Shown: positions 10,746 to 23,222 of the stretch, piece by piece
Layout: every line of letters begins with the position of its first letter
Numbering within the stretch: the stretch's first letter is position 1
NCBI RefSeq assembly: GCF_001194135.2
Contig: NC_068987.1
Span: 53,813,233-53,868,319, forward strand
DNA from: Octopus bimaculoides
Lineage: Eukaryota
DNA length: 55,087 nucleotides
Direction of reading: 5' to 3'
The notes under the pieces: generated by a model
Databases searched by the model: none
Seen by the model: the letters and a program-made list of their open reading frames with translations, nothing else
Told to the model about the DNA's origin: nothing
Translations under genes and position numbers: made by a program

Positions 10746-10980
10746 NNNNNNNNNNNNNNNNNNNNNNNNNNNNNNNNNNNNNNNNNNNNNNNNNNNNNNN
10801 NNNNNNNNNNNNNNNNNNNNNNNNNNNNNNNNNNNNNNNNNNNCTTCAGTTTCCGTCTACGAAGTCCACTCACAAAGCTTTGGTCGGCCCGAGGCTATAG
10901 TAGAAGACACTTGCCCAAGGTGCCATGCAGTGGGACTGAACCCGGAGCCATGCGGTTATTAAGCAAGCTACTCCCGCGCC
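10286..10980 (-). mobile_element. SINE family 1, full-length minus copy with an insertion in its internal microsatellite
   Basis: Tail module 10286-10500 (TACTCTTTTACTTGTTTCAGTCATTTGACTGCGGCCATGCTGGAGC...) and head module 10844-10980 (CTTCAGTTTCCGTCTAC...CTTGCCCAAGGTGCC...GAACCCGGAGCC). They are separated by a hammerhead-like repeat, (TA)n and a gap. Confidence 0.8.
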
Positions 10981-10986
10981 TATATA

Positions 10987-11027
<41 letters not shown>

Positions 11028-11777
11028 GTATATTCGTATATACATGTGTATGTGTGTGACCGTGCGTGCTAGCACGCGTGTATTGCTCTTTACAGTCTTG
11101 TGAACTGTGAATTTCCACGGATAAATCTCTCGGGGAATTCGTAAAATGTGTCAAAAGCAGACGTTAAATTTCCCCTTTCGTTTATGTTATTTGAATGCTT
11201 TCACGCGCTCATTTGTCTTATAATGACATAAACATCACAAATATCCACATTTTCTCTTTTCGTTGAAAGTAACATCGTGAATGTGAAAACATATTTCCAT
11301 AAAATCTCTTATTTAGTGATTAAATATTTATATGTTATGTTGCTATATAAGATAATTACATTAAATCCTTAATAATATATGAGACTATACAGTTCCAAAC
11401 TAAAATTATAGACATTTGTTATTGGAAATACTTTTGTGTTAAAATTTCGGTTTGAGAAAATATGAATCCTACTCTCATTAAATTGTTTAAAAATTTAATT
11501 CTTTCACGAGTAAAACCTGTGAAATTTCCATTTGTTTTGGTTGTGAAAGACTTAGAACTTCAGTTTCCATCTATTATTGAGATAGTGGAGGCGACGGGGC
11601 ATGGGCGGCATAGAAAGAAATCGAGATAGAAAGAGAGAGGCGGAGAGACAGGATAGGGTGTTGTGACGGGTTGAGTGGTAACGATGAAGGTTAAGAGAAA
11701 AATTAGACGAAACAACGTGGCAACGATACAGACAATAATCATACGCGTGCACATACATACATATACATACATACATT

Positions 11778-11809
<32 letters not shown>

Positions 11810-11959
11810 CATACATACATACATACATACATACATACATACATGCATACATGCATACGTGCATGCATGCATGTAAACATATATAAAGCGCGACACTGAT
11901 AGGATTATGAGAAGCGAAGTGATTGTGATAAAGACGTAAGATCAGTTCAAACTGCCTTT

Positions 11960-12900
11960 GAATGCCACATTGTAACGCTCAGACAACAACAGCAAAGGAA
12001 GAAATGTGTACACTCTGTTCATACTCTAAACTCAGAGTAACGATATCTTCAGAGTTGGAGAAGAACTACTGCGCAGGTACTCCAAGCATACAGCTGTCTC
12101 ATGCAACCAAAGAAGGCTGGCCTGGCCTACATAATCTGAAGATTGGAGGAGCAGGCATCATAACAACAAAAGAAGCAATGAATGGGTACATATCCCGTAA
12201 GCTACATGAGGACAACATCGTTGACACGAAGAGTAATTTCATCATGACCTGTGATAGATACCTCATATTCTTTTAAGAAGGGTATGCCTTCGCTATCCAA
12301 GAAAAGGCGAGAGCAACTAAATATCTGATCAATAAGAGAGACAAAGATATCACCAAACGTCCACATTGTAATAGATTATGTCGGCTCTGCTATACCATTG
12401 TGGACGATGTCACCCATACCATCAGCAGCTGCTCTAAAATGTCTACGAGTTACTACCTTCCCCCAGGCATGATATAGATGAAAAGACTATTTACACACCA
12501 TCTGCAGAAAGGATAACCCTGACGTATACATCAAATGCATGTCACAACCAGCATCTACTCACACGTTTAAAATCAAGAAATACCGGCGGAACGTACAAAT
12601 AAAATCAATTCGGTGCAAACATAACAAACCTGATATTGGTCTGTGGGACAGGGATCAAAAGTCATACACTGTTGAAGAAGAAGTCGGATGCTCGGCGAAT
12701 GTGAATGTACCACCAAAGGTCTAGGAAAAAGAGAACATACTCAATTAATGCGGAACTTAAAGCTCTTGCAACATGATTATAATGGCTCTCGTAAGGATAA
12801 CTTAAATAATACTCAAAGAAAGACATACATACGTGTATACAGACATACACTGGGAACTGTAGTAGTCTTTAATGGTTTTATGTCAGTAGAATTTTAATTT
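11960..12900 (+). mobile_element. R4/Dong-like (RLE-type) non-LTR retrotransposon, 3' fragment, decayed
   Basis: Zinc knuckle CRLCYTIVDDVTHTISSCSKMSTSYYLPPRHD, then RNVQIKSIRCKHNKPDIGLWDRDQK (PD-(D/E)xK restriction-like endonuclease), then LMRNLKLLQHDY; frameshifts and stops present. Confidence 0.75.
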
Positions 12901-15900
12901 ATGGCAGGAGAGGTGGTGGTGGCTTTTGTAAGTAGTAAGAAATTGAAAATGAACAGTTTTTCTGTGAAATAAATGTTAAAAAAAACAAATTATTTAACGC
13001 ATCTATCTCAGTGCATTCATCGTCATCATGGCTACAAACAACAAGCACGTGACAACCGTCACAAGCAGCAAACTATTATCCTCATCATCATCATCATCAT
13101 CATAACTACTACCACCGCCATATATCGTCATCATCCCTTTTAATAAATTTTTCTCTAGCTTTCTGTTTTTCTCTCCCCTTTCAGTTTCTTCCCTTACCTT
13201 TACACAAAAAGGTAGAGAAGAATGACCGTACCATCGCATTAATATATAGATAATTCACAAATATACGATAGATGCATTAATTTGGTTTGTTTAACATTAA
13301 GAGACAAAACTCTTCACTGTCTCTTCACCACATCCAATTAAACCTAGGAAATGTAGATTAAAGAACCCTTCTTTGAACATTCTACGATCCCATATGCCCA
13401 CGAACTATCAGTCCAATATCTTCTCTCTAATTGTTTATCTATTATACATATTTTTTTTAAATTGTGTTTGAACAACACTAAACTTTGTGCTTGTGTTACT
13501 TTTCTTTCATTAATGACATGGCTTACATCATTTTGAAAGTTATACCACTTGTTTACTACTTACGTTGTGTACATTTTTCAACTTTTATTTATTTTTTTTT
13601 ATTTCACCATTTCAGTAGCAACCGTCTGTGATACAACAACTTCAGCTTGGATGACTATTTGAGCAGATTAGATGTCTACTTCTAACCGATTATGAGAGAA
13701 AGCTGTTTTTCTGACAAGATTTCTATATAGTCATGCTCGGTATGTGATTTTAATATCTTTCACATGAAAGAATCTAGAAAAGAAATTTTGAATTATATGA
13801 GTGATCGACCTTTCAAAGTACGATAATGTACTGCTACTTGTGATATGAAGATAATAGCAATTGCTGTGAAGTGAAATAAGGCCATTGCTGTATGCAAATC
13901 CATTGATGGAGAGCAAAGAAGAGACAGACTGTTTAACTATTTTGTGAATACATTATGTATTTTCAAACTTGTTGGCAGCAGGGCAGAAGTAAACTTCATT
14001 TCCAGAAGAAATTCTGTCAACTTATCATGGCAAGTTGATTAGATATTTCTCAATTTTGCAAGCCAGCATGGAATCTAATTTTCCCTACAAAGTTCTTATT
14101 TTTATAATTCATTTTTTATTTTTTGTAAGTTTACTTCTTTAGAGATATTAAATATATATGTCGGGAATTGGATGTCATCCTTGGTTGCAGTCTTCTTGGA
14201 GATCAACATAGTATTTGGAAATAACAGGACTTAAAATGGTTGGCATGTAAGATTCTAAATATCGTAGAGTAGAAAAAAATATATATGTAGATTTACTGTC
14301 AATTAAATGGAATCTCAAAGCAGTAGAAAGAATGCAAAAAGAAAATACTTTTACAAAAGAATTTATAGACTGCCATCAGATACTGCTTTTGTTACAGAAA
14401 ATAAAATTTGTTTTTTCTTAAACACCACTAGAATATTCCATGAACATTTTCTTCAATAAAATCTTGATTTTCTTCTCTTTTGCACACTGAACAGTAAAGA
14501 TGGATCGATATTAGAAGTTTTGTAAATTATTTCAGATTCCTTTAAGCGTATAATGACAAGTTTCACAAATATATAATGTAGACGGGTGTACCCAAACAAT
14601 TCTTAGCTCTGAGGACTTGACTATAATTCTGTGATGTACAAAGTAAGTACCTAACTAGTACTAAACGACTTTACTAGACAGTCACTTTATCGAAATTATT
14701 TATCTCGGTAACAGTAATTGCTTTGTTCATTTCGTTGACGTATCAATACTTCTGTTTTCATTGTCGATCTTGTTTTTGCATATCATTGTAGCATTTAACT
14801 TTCTAAGTAAGCACTCAGATCGATGGAATATTTAAGTAACTATTGTTAAATTTATTTTCTCCTCTCCCACCCAATTTGTATTCGATAGACGTATCTAGAT
14901 AAATCATTTGTGTATTGGTCACACGCCTGAAGATTATTGACTCAAACAATTTTGTTATTAGACTTAAAATGTCTAGTACAGAGTAAAGTAAATAACATTA
15001 TATTGCTGAGATACAATGCAGATATAGTCACAAATAGAAAATATGTTCCGAAGAAGAGAAACCATTAATATTCTTTTCTTATTGCCCCCCTCCATTGACT
15101 TTACGCCCTCATTAATTTTTTTTTTTTTCAAATATAAACATCTTATGTTACTTCGTCTAAATTTAACAGGTTAGAGCTTAATAAAATCTTGAGAGAATCT
15201 TGTTGTTTTAGATTTGAGCTTAGAATGAAGTCATTTTAGTTTACATCTTCACTAATTTGTTAAAATATAAAGATATCTTACAATTCACTTCGATGTCTAA
15301 AAAGTCAGGGTTTAACAAATCTGGAGTAGAAGATTGTTTTGACAAGTGTAACAGTCAAACATTCAAGATAAAATTTCAAGTTCCTTTCAATTAAATCTGT
15401 TTTTTTTTTCTTTCTACGTAAACACTTGCGCTTACAAAATTTTTTAATACTGATGTAATACTACTTATGTTTTGATACCATATTAATACGTGTATGCCAG
15501 TATACCACAATTGATGTATTTATATCTGAATGTATGTGTGTATGAATTTCTGTTAGTGTGCATGTGTGCTAACGATTCAGCCAACTCACCAATGCTACTT
15601 TTACTCTCGCATTGATTTTTCTTCTGATATCTAATGCATGGAAATGTTACTGGATAGAGGTATGTGCTTTAACTAATAGACATATGCAATTGAGTATGTT
15701 TTGTTGTAATTTCAGAACTGATGAACACTTTATATAAAGTTATTACACTTCAGAGGGTTGAACACCTAGATATTTTTGATTCACTTCATCTAAATTGTTT
15801 ATATTTCTTGAAAAAACAAGAAAACGTTTTAATGATGCAATTCACAACTCCTGCTTGAAGTCATATATACTTCTTATCCAATAAAATATATCACTCAATC

Positions 15901-15917
15901 GAAATTAGAAGACAGTA

Positions 15918-16605
15918 CTATTATTATTATTATTATTATTATTGTTCAGTAGTTTTATTTTTATAACGTGCTTTCACTTTACTACCGAGCGCAGCTCTGT
16001 GCGCCTTGGGTATGTGCTGTGGTTTGCTCTGGTGCTCTTATGTTTACTGTATTGAAAGTGTTTTGCGTAGAATGTGTGCAGTACCCAGTAGTGCAATTTT
16101 CTGTATGTTATATATATTTGTAAGTCCTGGTGTTTTTGTTATGTATTTGTCTGAATATTCTTTTATTATACCTAAGGCACCTACTATGATAGGAATTGTT
16201 TCTGTTTTTAGATTCCACATTCGAGTTATCTCTATTTCCAGNNNNNNNNNNNNNNNNNNNNNNNNNNNNNNNNNNNNNNNNNNNNNNNNNNNNNNNNNNN
16301 NNNNNNNNNNNNNNNNNNNNNNNNNNNNNNNNNNNNNNNNNNNNNNNNNNNNNNNNNNNCATGATCTTTGACAACTATATCTGGTCTATTTGCCTTAATT
16401 TCTCTATCTGTGTGTATTGGCATATCCCAGAGTATGGTTGCTTTCTCGTTTTCTGTGACCTTTTCTGGCGTGTGTTTATACCATCTTTTTTCTGTTGTTA
16501 TTCCATAGTGTTGGCATAGCTTCCAGTGTATATAGGTCCCAGCTCTGTCGTATCTGTGAATATATTCCTTCTTAGCCAGGACTGGGCAGCCAGAGATAAT
16601 ATGAT
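15918..16605 (-). mobile_element. R4/Dong-like LINE copy 1 (5'-truncated) with (AAT)n tail
   Basis: Minus frames read HIISGCPVLAKKEYIHRYD and MPIHTDREIKANRPDIVVKDH (RLE motif). Minus-strand (AAT)n tail lies at 15918-15943; a gap interrupts the copy. Confidence 0.85.
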
Positions 16606-16617
16606 TTATTGTTTCTT

Positions 16618-16620
<3 letters not shown>

Positions 16621-16679
<59 letters not shown>

Positions 16680-18135
16680 TATACACTCAACTGATTAGAC
16701 TGTTGGAAAAGAAAAGAATCCTAACATCGAGCTACAACAAGTTTCTTTAGATATGAAGAACCCGCCTAAGTATCCTAGCTATCCCTAATAACACTTTTTT
16801 CTGCAGGTCTACTAAACTGGGTTTATGCCTATTTCCACTATACATCTGTTCAGATCTTTAGGGATAGATCCCAATTCACCTATATCTACTGGGATACATT
16901 TTACACGCTGTTTCCATAGTCTCTGTAATTCAGTAGCTGTGTAATGGTATTTTGCTTTTTTTATATACTTCTCATATTAGTTGTTTTCATTATTTGGGAC
17001 TGTAAAGTCAGTTATCTGGCACTTTCTATACTCTTTATCTACTTCTACAAAATCAGGCTATCTAACATTTATTACTCTGTCAGTCTGAATGTTAAAGTCC
17101 CGCAATATTTTGTACTTCTTATTTTCTAGTACTTTACTAGGTTTATGTACATACCATTTATCAGTATGCTCAAATCCTAGCTTTCTGCAAAGCTCCCAGT
17201 AGATTTTTCTCCCTAGATTGTCATCTCTTTTCTTGTATACTTTCTGTGCCAGCATGCAACATTCACTTACTATATGAGTAATGTGTCCTCTTTTGGCTTG
17301 CATAATCTAGATTGAGAATCTACTTGGTCTATTTTGGATTTTATCCAATTAGTCCTTAATGCTTGATTTTGTGCAACTACTAACGAACTTACATTGTCTC
17401 CCTCTTCAACTTTCCTTTCAGACATAACAATGTTTCACAACTATTTACTGAAACTATCTTTGGGAATCTACCATTCAACGCTTTCTCCTGCTAGTCAGAT
17501 AACGTCTGTTCTTTTTCTGATTTTAAACTTCGTATGGGTATTTGGTTTCCCTACGTCTTGCTGTGACTATAGCAACTTTTAATAAACACTCTTCACTATT
17601 ACCTACATAGGAGTTTATATCTACTCTAGCCAACTCCACGCAGTCTTCCACTTAAACATCTTCCACCTTCCTCTATAGGTATGCATAATCTTGCTACACT
17701 TGCCCTTGGGTGAAGTCCTCCATTCGTTCCTAGTTCTGTCTAGCTTTGCTAATTATGCTTTTATCCACTACTCTAAAAATGCTGCTGAATATCTAAGTAA
17801 TGATACTGCCCAAGTATTTACAGCCTTCACTAGATTCGGACCATTTAGCTTTGACTTCATTAGCTTCCTTACCCTTTTAATGTACTTCTCAATTTTCGTT
17901 TTCATTTCTATAGTTAGTACTTTGTCAGATTCTAATACTCCTAGATAGATATAACTTTCTCCCCCTTTCAATGATTTTAATGTCTGATCATCTGGTAATT
18001 GGGTGCCTTCGCTGCTGACTACCTGTTCCCTTCACGTGATTAATATTACACACGTATCTATGCCAAAATCCATGCCTATATCTTTGCTGAAAAGTTTTAC
18101 CGTCTGTATTAAGGAATCTATCCCTTTCTTACTGA
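16621..18135 (-). mobile_element. R4/Dong-like LINE copy 2 (5'-truncated in RT) with (AAT)n tail
   Basis: KGIDSLIQTVKLFSKDIGMDFG; YIYLGVLE...RVRKLMKSKLNGPNLVKAVNTWAVSLLRYSAA; HIVSECCMLAQKVYKKRDD...DFNIQTDRVI. Tail at 16621-16678. Confidence 0.85.
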
Positions 18136-18138
18136 AAG

Positions 18139-18140
<2 letters not shown>

Positions 18141-18174
<34 letters not shown>

Positions 18175-19590
18175 TATTGTTGTTGTTGTTGTTGCTGTTG
18201 TTGTTGTTGTTAGTACTATTATTATCATTATTATCATCATTATTATTGCCTTTGCACAGCTTCTAACGCTGGAGATGTACTACGGTGTCAGCTGTTCACT
18301 ACCAGTGAACTAAGGTAACACCTCTTATTTTTCAAGCACCTTCCGGAGTATTCAAACAGTCCCAAGCAGTGCTGTTTTCTGCAAGTGCTTCACCCTTATT
18401 GCAACCCCTATGTGATCCATGTAGTTCTCGAGATTTTTGCTCTGATGCTGTGTTCGCATCCAATCAGTCCTCTTCCCACTCTTTTTCTTGGCACATATAG
18501 TCTGTCTGTGTCACTTTTTGGGTGGAGTGTCCCATATCTAGTTAGCGACTTCCTTGCCTTTCTGTCTAAGTTGTTTAGTTAGTCTACTGTCCATGCGATT
18601 TCCTCTGCTCCATATCTAAGGACTGAAACCACCCGGGTGACGATAGCTTCAATCTTATTCCCTTTGTTTAATTTCCACTTAAGGATCAGTCACAGTTTGC
18701 GCAAGTACTCCACCTTAATTTTTTCGGCCATTTCTTTCTCCACCAATTTCTCCATTTCCAAAGTGCCCAAGTACTTATAGCCCGTCTCTTCTAGCTGCTT
18801 CATAGACTCTCTCAACGGTATCGATAACCGTCCATACATTTGATTTTGCCTCTCTTCAAGACTAACACACCACACTTTCTCAGTTCGAACTCCATTTTGA
18901 TATCAGCATTGAAAATATGCACCATATCAACGAGGGAACTGACTTGGGCTTCATCTTTATCATAAAGTTTGAGATCATTCATGAATAACAAATGGTTGAC
19001 TTTTTGTTGGCGGCTTTTGAATACATACCCAGCTTTTGCGATCCTCAATATCAGTCTTAGCGGTATCAAGCACAGTAGTGGGGCCAAGCAGTCCTCTTAG
19101 AAGATGCACCTCGTAATTTATACTGTCCCTACATTTCTTCTGTATGCTGCCAGGTCCGTCCTCCAATTCGCCATAATTTTTCCAAGCAATCGCTCAACAT
19201 TCGATGCAATACCACATAGGTTCATACATTCCATTATCCAAGAGTGTACGCTTTACAATAGTCGATCTACGACATGGCTACGTTAGTTTTCTTCCTCTTG
19301 CAGTCTCTAAGTACAGTTTATCTATCAAGAGTTGATCCTTGGTACCTCTGCACTTACGCTTGCAACCCTTATGCTAATGCGGCATGACTCCTTTTTTCCA
19401 GATGTTCGTACATTGACTCTACGAGTATTCCAGTAAAATACTTATACATAAGTGAAAAACAGGATATCGACCTGTAATTGTCTACCACATTGCCTTTTTC
19501 TATGTTTTTCAAGCACAGCGCTGTCCTACCCAGTGTCCACCACGCTGGTATTACTTGGTCGGCATTTATCAAAGTGTTGAGTCGTGCAGG
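18141..19590 (-). mobile_element. R4/Dong-like LINE copy 3 (5'-truncated, internally deleted) with (AAT/AAC)n tail
   Basis: IPAWWTLGRTALCLKNIEKGNVVDNYRSISC (RT N-terminal region); KVNHLLFMNDLKLY (decayed FMDDLK motif); YKYLGTLE. Tail at 18141-18246. Confidence 0.85.
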
Positions 19591-20048
19591 CGACAGCATC
19601 GGCGGTTCCCCCGACGGTGACAACACTAACAGCAACAGCAGCTTCGCTATCAATACCAGCATTACCAACAACTTCTCTAACGTCCACATTACCAGACCTG
19701 ACACCCCCTATAACAGCAACAACGGGTCCAGTGCCACCGCCAGCTATAACGGCAATAAGAGCAGCAGCATCGACAGTGGCCCTAGCAGAAGCACCAGCGG
19801 GACCACAGCTATTTACACCCCTAGTAGCAATGGCAACTCTCCCACCAATGAAGACGACCATAATAACAACAACAGCTGGAAGGGAGATAATCTACAATTG
19901 TTTCCTTTGAGTAGGAGGTCATGGAGCAACAGGTTTTTGGGTTCTGACGATATGCCATAAAGCTAAATCCGTTATGGACGGGAAATTTAAGATAATCCCA
20001 TAACCCGGGCGTCCCCAGTTTTAATATATATATATATATAAATATATA

Positions 20049-20073
20049 TCAGTACATATTGTAAAGCTGAGTT

Positions 20074-20151
<78 letters not shown>

Positions 20152-20706
20152 GCATCTATAGAAATCCACACCTTACAAGATAGCAATTTGGGAGCCGCAC
20201 CAATGGATTCTTCATGGTCAAAAATGCCCGGAATCGGCCATTTTCCTAACAGGTGAATTTTTGCATTAAAGATAATTTTAAACCATAACTTCTAACAATT
20301 TTCAAGTCGGAGCATGAGTTAAGTCCCCTTCTAGCGACGGTGTAAAGAGAGACAGACAGACAGACAGAAAGAGAGAAAGACAACAGATTTTTTAAATTTC
20401 GTACACAATATAAATGATATTCTCCGTTTCTCCACAACTAATTTCCAAATTTGCTGAGTCCGTTGCTCTACTCATAGCGAGTAGACACGCTCCTTCGCAA
20501 ACGATCCGCTATTATTTTGTAAACAATGTTACGAAACTGTTCATGTTTTCGAAAGGATAGATTTGACTCTTACATCTCTGCGGGAGAAGATAGCCCTCTC
20601 TATACCTCTTACAAAACTTACGTCCGGGCACCAAATTTTCCTCAATTGATGGTATTACTCAGGTAATCTTAACTTCATCCCGTGCGAAGCCGGGGTATAG
20701 TGCTAG
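20049..20706 (+). mobile_element. Non-autonomous Helitron, apparently full length (~660 bp)
   Basis: A|TC start at 20049, then TATTGTAAAGCTGAGTTTG and (GT)n. The 3' hairpin CCCGTGCGAAGCCGGG (20679-20694) is followed by CTAG|T at 20703-20707. This is a canonical A/T insertion with no TSD. Confidence 0.8.
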
Positions 20707-20716
20707 TATATATATA

Positions 20717-20821
<105 letters not shown>

Positions 20822-21728
20822 GTGTGTATTGTTGTTGTTATATTCCGGGACGGTCATTTTTTATTTCAATAAATACATACACACACTATATATTCGTTCT
20901 TCACTTCAGCTTTATTATAGTTCTCATTAATGTATTGTTGTGTCCTTTGTCTTAAATCTTTTGTCACACATCCTGCAACCTCTTCGCTGACTCTCCATCC
21001 CACGTATTTTCTCCTGCTCTGTTTAGTCCATTTTCTCTTTCAACACATCAGGAATTTAGTAAAAGAATTAGATAAACGTACATACACCCCCCCCCACACA
21101 CACACACACATATATATATATACAAATTATAATAACCAAATCTGTTATTCTACTCCTTTGTTATCCCAATCTTTGTTTCTCTAGTTTTAAAGCTATTTCA
21201 TTCTATTCTCTTTTCTATTTTATATATTTAACAATAAAAAATAATAAACAAAATGCTCTCAATTGTATACATGTAATCTTATATTTGATAAATGGCACGA
21301 ACCGTGCTTTTTGTCTCAATTCAAGTATATGTTTTAACACACAATAATATATCAAATCACTGGCAAAACAAACAAAGAGAGAATGGAATAAATGATATAT
21401 CATCTTTGATATTGTTGTTCGTTTCTTAACACAGTAAATTTCTGTAACGTAACCGAGCTTTATCTGTTTCGTGATTACTTGAAAATATAATGATGAACAA
21501 CGATCCAACACAATAAAAATAACTACATTGGTAATATTTTGTTATTGTTGGCAAATAAAATACGATAAGCATTTTTAGATAATCCGTAAAATTTATTGAA
21601 GACGTTCATTTATTCATTAGTATAATGAATATAACTATAATGAACATTTTTCCATTACAGTGTCTTTACTGAAGGTAATGTAAAAAGTAGTAACATTAAA
21701 CATTTTGGCACACACATATCACTTTTAT

Positions 21729-22440
21729 GTACCATCAATTCAACCCTTGTGCTTGGTGCGACGCAACATTTCCAAACACATTAGGTTTAAAATTAGTCGT
21801 GTTTAACCACAAATCGCTGCGCTTGATTATATCCATCCTATTTCTACTTTTAGACAGCAATGCATTAACGTGGCTGAGGCCAGCATCTACAAGCAGAACG
21901 TTACGAAGGCAAGCAAAACCAACTTTAAGTGCTTCCATAGACTGGAATAAGCTGTCACTATATTTCGATGATACCATAGGCCATGTTTACTGTGAAGCTG
22001 ATACCGCATTGTAGCATCATTGTCATTTTGTAAATCCATCAATTCTTTCAGCACATCATCTTCACAATCCATTACTTGAACTTCAAGAGATTGCTGTACC
22101 AAACTGGAACATGCAATCGCTATACCATGCCATCATGCGATGATTTCAAATAATTGCAATATACAATAATATCATCATCAACCAATTCATTTTTCAAGCT
22201 ATTCCGTCGTTGAAATTGGTGAAGTTGACGTCTAGAAATATTCATCTTATATAGCGCTAATTTAGAAATAAAGGCGGTGATGGACGATTTACAGTCAACA
22301 AGCATTCTTTGCTCTCTTTGCAATAATGGGCTGAGATCATTTAGTTTCGCAAATATGTCGCTAAAGAAAGAATATCAAATTTCGAAGCGATCAGAGAAGT
22401 GGATAGCGTAATGTTTTGAAAAAAATTGTATCATACAGTT
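21729..22440 (-). mobile_element. hAT (Buster/ZBED8-FAM200-like) transposase C-terminal relic
   Basis: Minus frames read KLALYKMNISRRQLHQF, YSSLWKHLKLVLLAF, and LLSKSRNRMDIIKRSDLWLNTTNFKPNV...HQAQG (RNRL..RGDL.L.L....PN..HQAQ dimerisation-domain pattern). Frameshifted; no TIRs found. Confidence 0.75.
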
Positions 22441-22526
22441 CGACAAAACGGACAACAAAGGTGCCTTTTGATAACCTTCGTACTTCGTATGGCACAAAAT
22501 CCTATCATATTCATCATCTTTATAAA

Positions 22527-23222
22527 GGCAGAGGCGTAGTTATATGGCAAGAAGTTTGCTTCTCAACCACGTGCTTTCGGATTCAGTCCAAATCTTTTGT
22601 AATTTGCGCTAGTGTCTTCTTCTATAGCCTCGAATCGACAAATCATTGTGAGTGGATTTGACAGACGGAGACTGAAACAAGTTGGTCATGTCTGCATATA
22701 TATANNNNNNNNNNNNNNNNNNNNNNNNNNNNNNNNNNNNNNNNNNNNNNNNNNNNNNNNNNNNNNNNNNNNNNNNNNNNNNNNNNNNNNNNNNNNNNNN
22801 NNNNNNNNNNNNNNNNNNNNNNNNNNNNNNNNNNNNNNNNNNNNNNNNNNNNNNNNNNNNNNNNNNNNNNNNNNNNNNNNNNNNNNNNNNNNNNNNNNNN
22901 NNNNNNNNNNNNNNNNNNNNNNNNNNNNNNNNNNNNNNNNNNNNNNNNNNNNNNNNNNNNNNNNNNNNNNNNNNNNNNNNNNNNNATGCATATATATATA
23001 TATATATATATACGCGTGTGTGTGTGTGTGTGTGTGTATGTGTGTGCGTCCGACCACCACCTGACAACCAGTGTGTGATTACCCCGTAACTTAGGGGTTC
23101 AGCAAAAGAGACGGATAGATTAAGTACATAGTTTAAGCAACATAAGTACTGGGTCGATTCGTTCGACTAAAATTATTCAAGGTGCTGCCCTAGCATGGAC
23201 GGCAACCTAATGACTAAAATAA
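22527..23222 (+). mobile_element. SINE family 1, diverged full-length copy spanning a gap
   Basis: Head 22527-22690, TA/gap/TG tract, tail 23045-23222 (CCACCACCTGACAACC...AAGAGACGGATAG...TGGGTCGATTCGTTCGACTAAA). Confidence 0.75.

Noticed and set aside
13790-13910. Minus-strand signal-peptide-like frame MDLHTAMALFHFTAIAIIFISQVAVHYRTLKG
   Set aside because: Hydrophobic short ORFs are expected in AT-rich DNA, and there is no good splice donor.
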